IMG/VR virus record: IMGVR_UViG_3300010356_002077
DNA: 64,000 nucleotides
Direction: 5' to 3' (one strand)
DNA from: an uncultured virus (IMG/VR IMGVR_UViG_3300010356_002077)
Taxonomy: Duplodnaviria; Heunggongvirae; Uroviricota; Caudoviricetes
Part shown: positions 1 to 9,234 of the stretch, piece by piece
How the letters are laid out: each line of letters begins with the position of its first letter
Numbering within the stretch: the stretch's first letter is position 1
The notes under the pieces: generated by a model
What the model saw: the letters and a program-made list of their open reading frames with translations, nothing else
What the model was told of the DNA's origin: nothing
The model's database searches: none
Translations under genes and position numbers: made by a program

Positions 1-2
1 AC

Positions 3-617
3 GGCGACAGCGGCCTCGGGAAGACCCGCGCCGCGAGGGAATACGCCAAGAAGCACCCCGGCCTCATCTTCATCGAGTGCAAAAGCTGGTCGAACAGGAT
101 CACCATCGCCGACGAGCTGGCCACCGCGCTCAGGATAGACCGCAGCGAGGGCTCGGTCGCCGTTCTTCTCCAGCGGGCCGCACGCGCCCTCAAGGGCACC
201 GGCAGGATGCTCGTCATAGACAACGCCCACTTCTTCAAGCCGCAGGTGCTGGACGACCTGTGGGGGATCTACGACGAGTCCGGATGCTCCATCGTCGTCA
301 TGGGCGTGCCCAAGCTATGGGACAGGATGTCGGACCGCAACGGCTGGCGCTACGACCAGTTCCAGAGCCGCGTTGGCGTCACCCGCCATGTTCTGATGAT
401 CACCGGCGAAGATGTCCGCAAGTGGCTCGCCGCCAACGGCATAACCGATCCCAAGATTGTCGCCGAGTTCGACAAGAAAAAAAACCTTCCGGGACACCTG
501 AGATACCTGTCCCAGATATTGACCAAGCTCAAGAGGATCTGCGACGCGGCCAAGTGCGAACCCACGGTAAAGCACTTCGAGATGGCCGTCAAGGCGGTCC
601 GCGAGAGCTTCGTATAG
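3..617 (+). CDS. MuB-like transposition AAA ATPase (5' truncated by window edge)
   Basis: Frame from base 3 reads GDSGLGKT (Walker A), in frame with ORF 207..617 carrying a degenerate Walker B (LVIDNAH). Lies upstream of gam once phage B is removed. Confidence 0.8.
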   Translation, partial: GDSGLGKTRAAREYAKKHPGLIFIECKSWSNRITIADELATALRIDRSEGSVAVLLQRAARALKGTGRMLVIDNAHFFKPQVLDDLWGIYDESGCSIVVMGVPKLWDRMSDRNGWRYDQFQSRVGVTRHVLMITGEDVRKWLAANGITDPKIVAEFDKKKNLPGHLRYLSQILTKLKRICDAAKCEPTVKHFEMAVKAVRESFV

Positions 618-626
618 GAGCCTGAA

Positions 627-2549
627 ATGAAAAGACTGGCCTGCATCGTCCTCGTCCTCCTGTTTTCCCTGGCTGCGGTTGCCGCGGATTACATCACCGT
701 CACCTACAACGTCAAGGACAGCACCGGCGAAGATCTGGCCGCGTGCACGGGGACGGCGCAGGTCATTGTCGAGCCGGGCGATCCCGCCCACTCCCGGCGT
801 CCGCAGGCTGGGACATTCGACGCCACGGCACAGACGCTGACCTGGACGCTCCCTGCGGGGACGACCGTCCGCTTCCGTGTCCCGGAAACGCTGCTCGACG
901 AGACCTTCACCCTGCCCGGCACCAGCTGCACGCTCAACAGCCTGGTCCCGGCCGAGACCGACATCAACACCCCCGCCTGGCTCGCCAACCTCTGGGCCTG
1001 CAACCAGCAGCCCGAGTGCGACATCGTATCCGATTACGATGTAGATGTGGTCGACGGACGATTCTCGGGAACTGTCGCGGCAGCCGGAACGGTCACGGGC
1101 TCGAACCTCTCCGGCTCCAGCTCCGGGACGAACACGGGGGACCAGGACCTATCCGGCCTCCTCCCATATACGGGGGCGACGGGTAATGTTGACTTGGGGA
1201 CGCATAACCTCACCACCACAGGCAAAGGAACATTCGGACAGTTTAAATTGACTGGTGGAATTACAGGATACTTATTGATGTCAGGTGTGGATGGTCTTGC
1301 TCTGTGGTCCTCTCCAAACAGCCACAAACATTCTATTATCCAAAACTATATTGGTGGGGGAAGTGATGTCGGAAGTGTTGAGATTATGACTGATGGGGGT
1401 GCATATTATAGCATCCCGGATGGTTCGATATATCTCGACGGTATATTCCCGTTTTTGTCCCTCACCACAACTCGCGGCATAACCAGTGGAGGGCACGCAG
1501 TTAAATTTTACGATGGTGCCGACACCCACACCTATTATTTTGACCTCCCGCCGTTTACTGATCCTTCCGTTGTTGTTACGTTCCCGCCAGTCAGCGGGTC
1601 GCTATGGGCCTCTGGGAACGATGGCACGGGTTCGGGCTTGGACGCTGACACGCTTGATGGAGACCATGGTTCAGCGTTCCTGAAGGCAGAGGTTGATGGA
1701 GTTATCGGCAACGAAGTGACGGACGCCGCCGATACAACCCTCACCAGAACGGGAAGCGGAACAAGCGGAGACCCGTGGAAGCTGAAACTTGCACTCGGCA
1801 ACGCCAACACTTGGACGGCGAACCAAACAGCACCGTATTTTGTGCAGAGCCTCCGATACTCTGCGGACGACCCCAGGCCGACGGGGTGGCCGCAGACGGC
1901 AAGCAACACGAACATTGACAATGAGTTTAACGGGGAAACGCTGACAGAGTGGGCATGGTACGGCTCTACTCCGGCTTATTTGTTGAGCGGAACGCCAAAC
2001 CAGACGAAGTTTGGAGGCTACATATATTTCAGCAAGGATAGCTCCTCAAACCCAATGAGCGCTTCCTACTATTACAAAACATTGGGCACACCACTCCCGG
2101 CGGCGGCGAGTATGGACACAAACGACAGCCAAACCATTGTGATGAAAACCTGTATGCCAAATTTCGGCTCATACATAGGCTTCGCTCTTCTAGATTCCGC
2201 AGGGACGGGATTTGCCATTTGCCTTTACGGAAACGGAAATGTTTCTTATACCTATAAGGGCGCGATTACCACTTGGGGGGCGTTCCCGTCCACTATTTTG
2301 TCGAATGTGGAGAACTATCCGTATTTGATGATTAAGCGACGAAAGAGCGGGGATGGACATTGTTATATCTCCTATGGCGTTTCGGCTGACGGAGTGACTT
2401 GGAGTGATGTTGGCAACGAAGGCTCCGACACCATAGACAATGCGGTTGCGTATATCGCAGTAACCATATCCTTCAACGCCCGTAATATGCCTGTTCCGGG
2501 GACTGCCGCAGTTGATTTCATTCGTGGCGAAGTTTATGAAGCACCTTGA
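627..2549 (+). CDS. Tail-fibre-like protein with N-terminal signal peptide (copy 1)
   Basis: MKRLACIVLVLLFSLAAVA|AD signal-like N-terminus. Fibre-type motifs SGTNTGDQDLSGL, PYTGATGNVDLG and GSGLDADTLDG. Beta-rich C-terminal domain. Confidence 0.65.
   Translation: MKRLACIVLVLLFSLAAVAADYITVTYNVKDSTGEDLAACTGTAQVIVEPGDPAHSRRPQAGTFDATAQTLTWTLPAGTTVRFRVPETLLDETFTLPGTSCTLNSLVPAETDINTPAWLANLWACNQQPECDIVSDYDVDVVDGRFSGTVAAAGTVTGSNLSGSSSGTNTGDQDLSGLLPYTGATGNVDLGTHNLTTTGKGTFGQFKLTGGITGYLLMSGVDGLALWSSPNSHKHSIIQNYIGGGSDVGSVEIMTDGGAYYSIPDGSIYLDGIFPFLSLTTTRGITSGGHAVKFYDGADTHTYYFDLPPFTDPSVVVTFPPVSGSLWASGNDGTGSGLDADTLDGDHGSAFLKAEVDGVIGNEVTDAADTTLTRTGSGTSGDPWKLKLALGNANTWTANQTAPYFVQSLRYSADDPRPTGWPQTASNTNIDNEFNGETLTEWAWYGSTPAYLLSGTPNQTKFGGYIYFSKDSSSNPMSASYYYKTLGTPLPAAASMDTNDSQTIVMKTCMPNFGSYIGFALLDSAGTGFAICLYGNGNVSYTYKGAITTWGAFPSTILSNVENYPYLMIKRRKSGDGHCYISYGVSADGVTWSDVGNEGSDTIDNAVAYIAVTISFNARNMPVPGTAAVDFIRGEVYEAP
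1008..1797 (+). repeat. ~790-bp direct repeat, copy 1
   Basis: Matches 43654-44443 (offset 42,646). Translations are identical from QPECDIV to WKLKLAL. Confidence 0.95.
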
Positions 2550-2616
2550 TTGGATTCGGGTCAAGTAGGAGGAACGGTAAATGGGGAAGTGGTTGGTCCC
2601 TTGATAGGAGGAAAGA

Positions 2617-2841
2617 ATGGTCGCGGAAACGGTATTAAAAGAGGATTGTAGAGAAACACATCGACAGGTGTCCGTGAGTCTGAAGAGTCTTTTTGAGAAA
2701 GTGGAGGCCATTCAAAAGGACGTTGCCTTCATTCGCGGAAAAAGCAGTTCAAACATTTTCTGGGCGAGTATGATTGGTTCCGGTGTTGTCGCGGTCCTTG
2801 CTACGATAATAATCACGGCAATACAATTGAAAGGAGGTTAA
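2617..2841 (+). CDS. Putative holin / small membrane protein
   Basis: Coiled-coil followed by a C-terminal TM helix, directly upstream of the endolysin. Confidence 0.5.
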   Translation: MVAETVLKEDCRETHRQVSVSLKSLFEKVEAIQKDVAFIRGKSSSNIFWASMIGSGVVAVLATIIITAIQLKGG

Positions 2842-2842
2842 T

Positions 2843-3319
2843 ATGACGCGAATAAGTGACCCCAATTATCTGGTCGCCCCCCTTCGGAGTCTTAACCAGG
2901 AATTTCTTCGTCGGTGCGACCTCCAGATCGGTGAAAACGTGATTCGAAACTTCGAGACTCTCCGAACTCGACTGCGACACGCAACACTCTTTCTCAAGGG
3001 TCGGGCAACCCTGGACGTGGTCAATCAGATAATGACAATCGCCCAGGAGGAACAAATTGCACAAAGTGACAATAACATCGTGACGTGGAGTACGTCGAGT
3101 CCGCATCTTCCCGATATGAATGGATTGTCCCATGCGTTCGACATCGCTGTGTATCGGGACGGGCAACCGACTTGGGACGAGACATCTCTCTCGCTTTATT
3201 TACGAGCCGCGGACATCGGTCGCGAGTTAGGTTTAGAATGTGGTGCGGATTGGCCTCGACCTCGGAGAGACCTACCACACTATCAATTACGAACAAGTGT
3301 TCGAAAGGAGGAACCATGA
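2843..3319 (+). CDS. Endolysin, peptidase M15 family
   Basis: Motifs SxH...AFD and GADW...DLPHYQL. Confidence 0.8.
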   Translation: MTRISDPNYLVAPLRSLNQEFLRRCDLQIGENVIRNFETLRTRLRHATLFLKGRATLDVVNQIMTIAQEEQIAQSDNNIVTWSTSSPHLPDMNGLSHAFDIAVYRDGQPTWDETSLSLYLRAADIGRELGLECGADWPRPRRDLPHYQLRTSVRKEEP

Positions 3320-3843
3320 AACGGATCATTTTAGCTTTTGTTTTGCTTCTCACCCTTCCCGTATTCGCACAGGTTGATGCCTATTCGGGTGTGGGTCGAC
3401 TGTTCACCTCAACCGAGGGAAATGTGATTCGGTACTCAAGCGACTACGAGACCAATTACACGGTCGGGGTTCGATATTACACCGGAGAGAAACTTTCCCT
3501 CAACCTCAACGTTATGCGGGATACCGCGCGAATCGGTGAGTACCTGCTGAAACACAACTACATCGAAAAGGTTCCGACCGTCAAGTACCAGTACACCAAA
3601 GTCCGTCCCTCCATTGAATATTGGTTCGGGGATCTTTACGTTTTCGGTGGACTACCAATATTCTTCTCACCTTCTAAAGGGGTAGAAACCAAGTTCGGAA
3701 TGGAGGTGGGTACCGGAATCAAACACAAACTCTACAAGAAGCTCTTCTGGCAGAGTGAACTTTCGTTCCTTCACGTACAGGACTTTCTCGTTCCAGTTGC
3801 CAACACCGTCAATTGGTCGTTCGCTTTGGGGTACCGTTTCTAG
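3316..3843 (+). CDS. Outer-membrane beta-barrel protein (Lom/Ail-like size)
   Basis: Start revised to ATG 3316 (SD GGAGG). Signal peptide MKRIILAFVLLLTLPVFA, amphipathic strands, C-terminal beta-signal FALGYRF. Confidence 0.75.
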   Translation: MKRIILAFVLLLTLPVFAQVDAYSGVGRLFTSTEGNVIRYSSDYETNYTVGVRYYTGEKLSLNLNVMRDTARIGEYLLKHNYIEKVPTVKYQYTKVRPSIEYWFGDLYVFGGLPIFFSPSKGVETKFGMEVGTGIKHKLYKKLFWQSELSFLHVQDFLVPVANTVNWSFALGYRF

Positions 3844-3852
3844 GAGGACACC

Positions 3853-4500
3853 ATGATCGAGGAAATGCGGCCGGAAGAGATTCGCATCGAGTTAGCCGAC
3901 ATTCTCGGGTACCACAATCCGAGAATTCTCGGACGTATCATACAGTGGTCGACAACTGCATGGCGCGAGCACCCTTCTGTACTATCCCACGTAGGACTCT
4001 TCACGAACGAGTGTAGTCTTCGGAATGCCCACGTTATTGAGAGTCTCGTTCCTTGTGGGGTTCGGTGTCGGCACTTCCACGAGGTCTACGGAGATGGGGA
4101 GAATTGCTACATTTTGAAACCGCTCAACCTCACATTTGACAAGCGGGTCGCAATTACGAATCACGCGTTCCATAGTCTCCACAAACCGTACGGTTACGGA
4201 AAAGCGATCGCGGGAGGTTTGGATGGCATCTTAAGTCGGTTGTTCTACTTGAAACGCGAACCGGTTTTCTTCCGACGACTCTTCATCAACGAAGTTTTCG
4301 AGGATTGCTCCGTCCTTGTTGCAGATTGTTATGGCAAAACGGGTCGGGACTTCGGATTGCGAGACAGTTTCGTCCTCCCGGACGACATTTGGGATTACGG
4401 ACTCACCCATCCGGAACACTACCGTGTAATCAAAGTCATCCCGTCCGGAGCCAATAAGAGACGTACGAGATTCCAAGAGTTCGCGTTTCCCTCTTCATAA
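3853..4500 (+). CDS. Permuted papain-like (NlpC/P60, YiiX/YaeF-like) enzyme
   Basis: His-before-Cys order: SHVGL...VIES...YGY...CSVLV...PDD. Confidence 0.65.
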   Translation: MIEEMRPEEIRIELADILGYHNPRILGRIIQWSTTAWREHPSVLSHVGLFTNECSLRNAHVIESLVPCGVRCRHFHEVYGDGENCYILKPLNLTFDKRVAITNHAFHSLHKPYGYGKAIAGGLDGILSRLFYLKREPVFFRRLFINEVFEDCSVLVADCYGKTGRDFGLRDSFVLPDDIWDYGLTHPEHYRVIKVIPSGANKRRTRFQEFAFPSS

Positions 4501-4516
4501 TAGAACCTCCTTCTCT

Positions 4517-4556
4517 ACGGACTCCGCAACTCACACAGTTGGGGAGTCCGTTTCTT
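4517..4556. terminator. Hairpin between convergent operons
   Basis: ACGGACTCCGCAACT-loop-AGTTGGGGAGTCCGT followed by TTCTT. Confidence 0.6.
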
Positions 4557-4568
4557 GTGTCTTGGGGG

Positions 4569-6839
4569 TTACCGGAGTTTTATCCCGCACCATTGTGGAC
4601 TTCCTCCGTACGAAACTTTTCGGAAACCTCTCTCAACGAGTGCGATGTCAAACAACCGACGTGAGAGAACTCTTTCTCCGGTCTCGGCGCACCAGAAACC
4701 ATAGGAGGCATAAAGATCCTTTCCGTTTGTGCGAGCTTTCGGATCTTGTACTTCACACTGCTCCTCGAGGAACTGTCCAATGACGTCTACCTGCTGTCGG
4801 TACGCTTTTGTCTCTTCCTCGACCTCGGTACGATCGAGTCCGAACTTCCTCCACAACTTGTGACCCTGCACCAACCACCGTAAAATGCCGTCTTTCTCTT
4901 CGAGGAGTTCCGGCAACAAATTCTGGTTCTGTTGCTCCACCGAGAACGAGACGGTAAAGGGAACGAGGCAAACCCTCCGCCAAAAGGCGTCGTCCGCGTA
5001 CCGCGTAAGTGGTTTGTGGTTTGTGACGAGAATGAACTTGAATTGGGGTCGGTACTCAAACGCTTCCTGGTAGAGCTTTCTTGCCGTAATCGTGTCACTT
5101 CCCGTAATCCTTTTTACCATCGCTTCATTCAAAACTCCGCGATTCGATTCGGTTCCGACAACGAGGCGACAACCTACAAGTCTCGCGAGTTCGTGCATCG
5201 ACTCCGAATTGTTGTCCTCCCCGAGAAAGGCTTCCGTGTTAACACTCTGGCAATATTCTCCCAAAATTTGGTGTACGACTTCGAGAAGGGTGGACTTTCC
5301 GTTTGCCCCTCTTCCGTAGAAGATGAAGAAGGTTTGCTCCCCCGTACCTCCACCAATTGCATATCCGAGTAGTCGTTGCACGAAATTGACCATCGCGGGT
5401 CGAACGAAGACCTCATTGAGGAATTTGACCCACTTTGGACACCTTGCATTCGGAAGAAAGTCTACTCGAGTTTGTTTTGTCAGGACGATTTCCGGAGTAT
5501 GCGGAAGGAGCGTACCTGTTGGCAGGTCGATAATCCCGTTTTTCGCATTCAAGTACTCAGGATTCCGATCGAGCATCCCGGGATAAACTTCGACCAGGGG
5601 TTTGACAAGCTCCAACGCACTGTGTAATCTCGCGTACGCGCGGGAGGCGAGGGACCACTTGAGCAACGTTTGTTGTGTTGAGGGATCCTTTTGTGCGAGA
5701 GCTTCCTCGCGTATGACGTCGGGAAGTTTAAGTGCTGCTCCGATCGCGGCCGTTCCCGCGGAGACGTAAACGCCGTTCTTGTACGAGAGAAATCCGAGAC
5801 CGCTGCAGTACCGAAGTGGTTCCGTGGTAATAGTCGCCAACCGTTTCGCGTTCGCGACGTCCGTAGTAGCTTCGAGAACGTCTACCATTTTAACGTGGGA
5901 TTCTTGATCGAGGAACGTCTCCTTCTCGAGATATTCCTGCGCTCCCCGAATCGTTAGGATGGCGTACGAGACACCCTTCTCGCGGGTCTTCGCAGAGATA
6001 CCCCACTGGGTATTACACATTACGGTGAGGAGCTGTCCGGGAGTGTACTTTCGCTTGAGCAACTCTACACACACTCGCCAATCTGCCTTGCTTCGGTCTC
6101 GAAAGTCCCCTTCTACGATAAGGTTTTTCAGTGAACGAGGAAGGGCTTGTAGAAACGCGTCAGGAAGACTTTCCGCCGTAATCTCCCCTTGAGGAGTTTC
6201 GACTTGAGTACTTTCCTGTCGGGGAAAGGCATCTAAACTGTGTCGGGTCTGAAACTGGGGTTTGAGTAGGAAGTAGCACCGTTTCGGGGGTAACACCTTC
6301 CAGTTTAGCGTTCCAGGAACTCGAAGAACACGAGCGAGGTCCGAACACGAATCTGCACTGAGTGCTTTCTCGAGTCCCTTTAATCGCATTTTCATCTCTT
6401 CGAGAGTCTCGGAGAAATGAGTGAGACACCAATACGCGTGAACTCCGTTACCACTACATACGATCGCACTGGGAGACGGAACGAACTTTTCTACGCGACT
6501 CACAAGGATGTCCAGGGGAAGGTCGTCTTTGGGGTCGATGTCTACCCACAAGACACTACTTCCAAGAGTCTGTTCCGCAAGACCCCGTCCTTGTTGCGGG
6601 ACCTCACGAAGTAGGGTCGTTCGACAAAAGAGGTCTTTTCCAAGAGTAGCTTCTTCAATCGCCTTTCGTTTCGCGACCTCGGCATCTCGAACGCGGAAGA
6701 AGAAATGTTGCCACGACGCAGCACTTTTTGAGGAGAGTGCAAGAACGGCATCCTGAGGTGCTTTGGAGGTAAGTAAGTCAATGAATAATTTGATTTCTTC
6801 CGAGTTGACCGTTGCGTAACTATTCTTCGATGAACGCAT
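4569..6839 (-). CDS. Primase-helicase: RepB-type primase plus P4/D5-family SF3 helicase
   Basis: WVDID, SGNGVHAYW and DLARVLRVPGTLN primase motifs; GRGANGKST Walker A; ITGSDTITARKLY. Confidence 0.9.
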   Translation of the reverse strand: MRSSKNSYATVNSEEIKLFIDLLTSKAPQDAVLALSSKSAASWQHFFFRVRDAEVAKRKAIEEATLGKDLFCRTTLLREVPQQGRGLAEQTLGSSVLWVDIDPKDDLPLDILVSRVEKFVPSPSAIVCSGNGVHAYWCLTHFSETLEEMKMRLKGLEKALSADSCSDLARVLRVPGTLNWKVLPPKRCYFLLKPQFQTRHSLDAFPRQESTQVETPQGEITAESLPDAFLQALPRSLKNLIVEGDFRDRSKADWRVCVELLKRKYTPGQLLTVMCNTQWGISAKTREKGVSYAILTIRGAQEYLEKETFLDQESHVKMVDVLEATTDVANAKRLATITTEPLRYCSGLGFLSYKNGVYVSAGTAAIGAALKLPDVIREEALAQKDPSTQQTLLKWSLASRAYARLHSALELVKPLVEVYPGMLDRNPEYLNAKNGIIDLPTGTLLPHTPEIVLTKQTRVDFLPNARCPKWVKFLNEVFVRPAMVNFVQRLLGYAIGGGTGEQTFFIFYGRGANGKSTLLEVVHQILGEYCQSVNTEAFLGEDNNSESMHELARLVGCRLVVGTESNRGVLNEAMVKRITGSDTITARKLYQEAFEYRPQFKFILVTNHKPLTRYADDAFWRRVCLVPFTVSFSVEQQNQNLLPELLEEKDGILRWLVQGHKLWRKFGLDRTEVEEETKAYRQQVDVIGQFLEEQCEVQDPKARTNGKDLYASYGFWCAETGERVLSRRLFDIALVERGFRKVSYGGSPQWCGIKLR

Positions 6840-9234
6840 CTAGCGACCCCCAAGACTTGCCAACCTCCGCGGACACCTTCCAAGAGAAAGGAGACTCACT
6901 ACGTCGCTTCACGAATGTCTGTATGCACGTCGCTATCTTTTGTACTTCCTTTTTGGTAATTCCATCCGGTACCTCTAAAAGCAAACTGTCGTGAACGAGA
7001 TTCACAACTCCGAGGTTTCCGGACATCTTTGAGAGAAGTTGTTTCGTTAGGTGAATTCCCGAGAGTAGTGTAAGATCGGACGCGGTAGATTGTATTGCAA
7101 AGTTTCGAGCTTCTCCACCGAGAGAAGAGAGTGTGAAGTTCGAGACTACCGGGAAGTGTCTCCGACGTCCGAAAGGTGTTTCTAACCACCCCTGCGTACT
7201 CGCGAGGATTGGTTGTTCTTTGAGGTACTTCCAAGCCTGAGGAAAGAGCTTTCCCCAATCTTCTATCAACCGCTGAGAAAATTGGATCGACACGGGTTTC
7301 TTCAACTCTCGAGTAAGCTGGCTCGCGATTGACGGGGCCTGCCGGTTGTAGAGAATCCCGAAGGTCACGGTTTTGGTTATTTCGCGTTGCTCTTTTGTGT
7401 AGTGGTTTCCGAAGATTTGGCGAGACACTTTGTCGTGCAAATCCTCTCCGTGTACAAAGAGTTGAGTGAGATTCTTGTCCCTACTGAGGAGGGCAAGAAC
7501 TCGAAGTTCCGTTTGTGAGTAGTCCATTTCGAGTAACAAGCGTCCCGGAGGAGAACTGAAGATATCCTTCACGACTTTTTCTCGCGGGACCGTTTGTACC
7601 GGAGGGTCCACCGCTACCAATCTTCCCGTTACCGTTCGGTGGAGCAAGAACTGTGGGTACACTCGGTGGGTCTCGGGATCGAGCAACGTGCGCATTTTCG
7701 TGACGTAGCTGGACATTATCTTCTTCGCTTTGCGTTGCTCGAGTAACATCCCGAGAAAGGTTTGGGACCGTTCTCCGATCGCACGTTCTTGGAGATCCTT
7801 CAACACCTCTTCACCGGTTTCTCGTTTCCGGGTGAGTTGCGGTAAGTGGAGAATGTCATAAAGGATGTGGGCGACTTGTGCGGGGGAGTTCGGATTGAAC
7901 GTCTCGAGACTAAACGCTTTTTGCATCTCGCGAGTTAACTCTTTCTCGCGTACTCCGATGGTCGCCTCGAGATTGTCCAAGTGTGCGGTGTCGATGTAGA
8001 TTCCTCTCCGACCGACGTCCGTCAAGAATTTACTCGCCGGAAGAAGAATCTCGTTGTACGCGGACCACTGTCCTCGAGATGCCTTTGCGAGGGGAAGGAG
8101 TACCCGAAAGAGGTTTCCAGTGGTTACTACGTCGCACGCAAGATATTTCTGGAGAAGTTCTCGCGGTACCAACGAGTACGAATCCGATTTGGGGTGCTTT
8201 AACGTCGCGTGAATGTCCTTTTCGTAGTTTCTCATTCCAAGAAACGTCGCTCCGAGGGATTTCAGATCGTGTGGAGGATGTTCCCAAAATGCATAGTGTA
8301 GGAGCATCGTATCCTGATCTACCCGAGCAGGAATTCCTGCGGCACCGAGAAAGCGAATGTCAAACTGACCGTTGTGCCAGATCCACTGTCGTTGCTTCGC
8401 GGTAAAGAACCGCTTGAGAAGTTTGTTGACGGTCTTGTCGTAAACCAATTCTTCCGGGAAGACGATTGGGGGAAACGGAACGTCGAGAGAGTAGATACCT
8501 AAACAGAGAATTCGATCCGTTTCACTCGAAAAACCACTGGTCTCGATATCCGCGGCGAGTAGTTCCGAGGTTTGGAGAGCTTTCAGTGCGAGACGGACGG
8601 CTTTACTATTTGAGATAACTCGGACGTCTGTGGTCGCGTAAGCTTCCACATCCGTAAAAAGTTGTTCGATCGGTTCTCGCTGAAGAAACCTCCTTACGAG
8701 TGCCGTACGCATTCGAAAGAGCAACCAACTCTCGGGAGAACGGAGTAGTTGTGCCGGGTGGGAGCACGGAACGAGTTTGAAGTGCCTTTCCTGCACCGAA
8801 AAATCTTCTATCGAGTGCAAGTCCGTAGAACTCTTTCCGGTTAGTGCTCTCGTTGCTACTCCTCCAACACACAAAATCAATTCGAGGTTTGGCATCGTAC
8901 GAATTTCGTTAAAAACGTTTTGTACACAGTGGGTCGCGACTTGTTCGAGCGCGTCGTCATTCTTCTCATTCGCCACTCCCAGATAACAGCAAACCGTATT
9001 TACGATCCGAGTATGTTTTTCCAGTTCGAATCCCGGAAATGCGTGTCGTAAGATTCGACCGGACTGACCAACGAACGGAGTGTGCTCTACCATTTCTTGC
9101 TTTCCGGGACTCTCTCCAACGATGAGTACTCGAGCATCGAGGTTACCCACTGCCGGAACCATCGGACTTCGATAAAACGGACATCCCGTACAAGTATCGG
9201 GTTTCCGAAGTCCCGAGGTCATTTTCCTCTCCAC
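6820..9234 (-). CDS. Family A DNA polymerase with N-terminal family-4 UDG-like domain and 3'-5' exonuclease
   Basis: UDG: CTGC, GESPG, PFVG, HPA. Exonuclease: DIETSG, HNGQFD, YLACD. Polymerase: DYSQTELR, KTVTFGILY, VHDS. Confidence 0.92.
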   Translation of the reverse strand: MERKMTSGLRKPDTCTGCPFYRSPMVPAVGNLDARVLIVGESPGKQEMVEHTPFVGQSGRILRHAFPGFELEKHTRIVNTVCCYLGVANEKNDDALEQVATHCVQNVFNEIRTMPNLELILCVGGVATRALTGKSSTDLHSIEDFSVQERHFKLVPCSHPAQLLRSPESWLLFRMRTALVRRFLQREPIEQLFTDVEAYATTDVRVISNSKAVRLALKALQTSELLAADIETSGFSSETDRILCLGIYSLDVPFPPIVFPEELVYDKTVNKLLKRFFTAKQRQWIWHNGQFDIRFLGAAGIPARVDQDTMLLHYAFWEHPPHDLKSLGATFLGMRNYEKDIHATLKHPKSDSYSLVPRELLQKYLACDVVTTGNLFRVLLPLAKASRGQWSAYNEILLPASKFLTDVGRRGIYIDTAHLDNLEATIGVREKELTREMQKAFSLETFNPNSPAQVAHILYDILHLPQLTRKRETGEEVLKDLQERAIGERSQTFLGMLLEQRKAKKIMSSYVTKMRTLLDPETHRVYPQFLLHRTVTGRLVAVDPPVQTVPREKVVKDIFSSPPGRLLLEMDYSQTELRVLALLSRDKNLTQLFVHGEDLHDKVSRQIFGNHYTKEQREITKTVTFGILYNRQAPSIASQLTRELKKPVSIQFSQRLIEDWGKLFPQAWKYLKEQPILASTQGWLETPFGRRRHFPVVSNFTLSSLGGEARNFAIQSTASDLTLLSGIHLTKQLLSKMSGNLGVVNLVHDSLLLEVPDGITKKEVQKIATCIQTFVKRRSESPFSWKVSAEVGKSWGSLDAFIEE

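Noticed and set aside
614..620. ATAGGAG repeated at 45132-45138 as a target-site duplication
   Set aside because: Both copies are explained as Shine-Dalgarno sequences.
1008..1797. DGR template/variable repeat, or attL/attR
   Set aside because: The copies appear identical with no adenine-specific differences, no reverse transcriptase or integrase is visible, and 790 bp inside a CDS is atypical for an att core.
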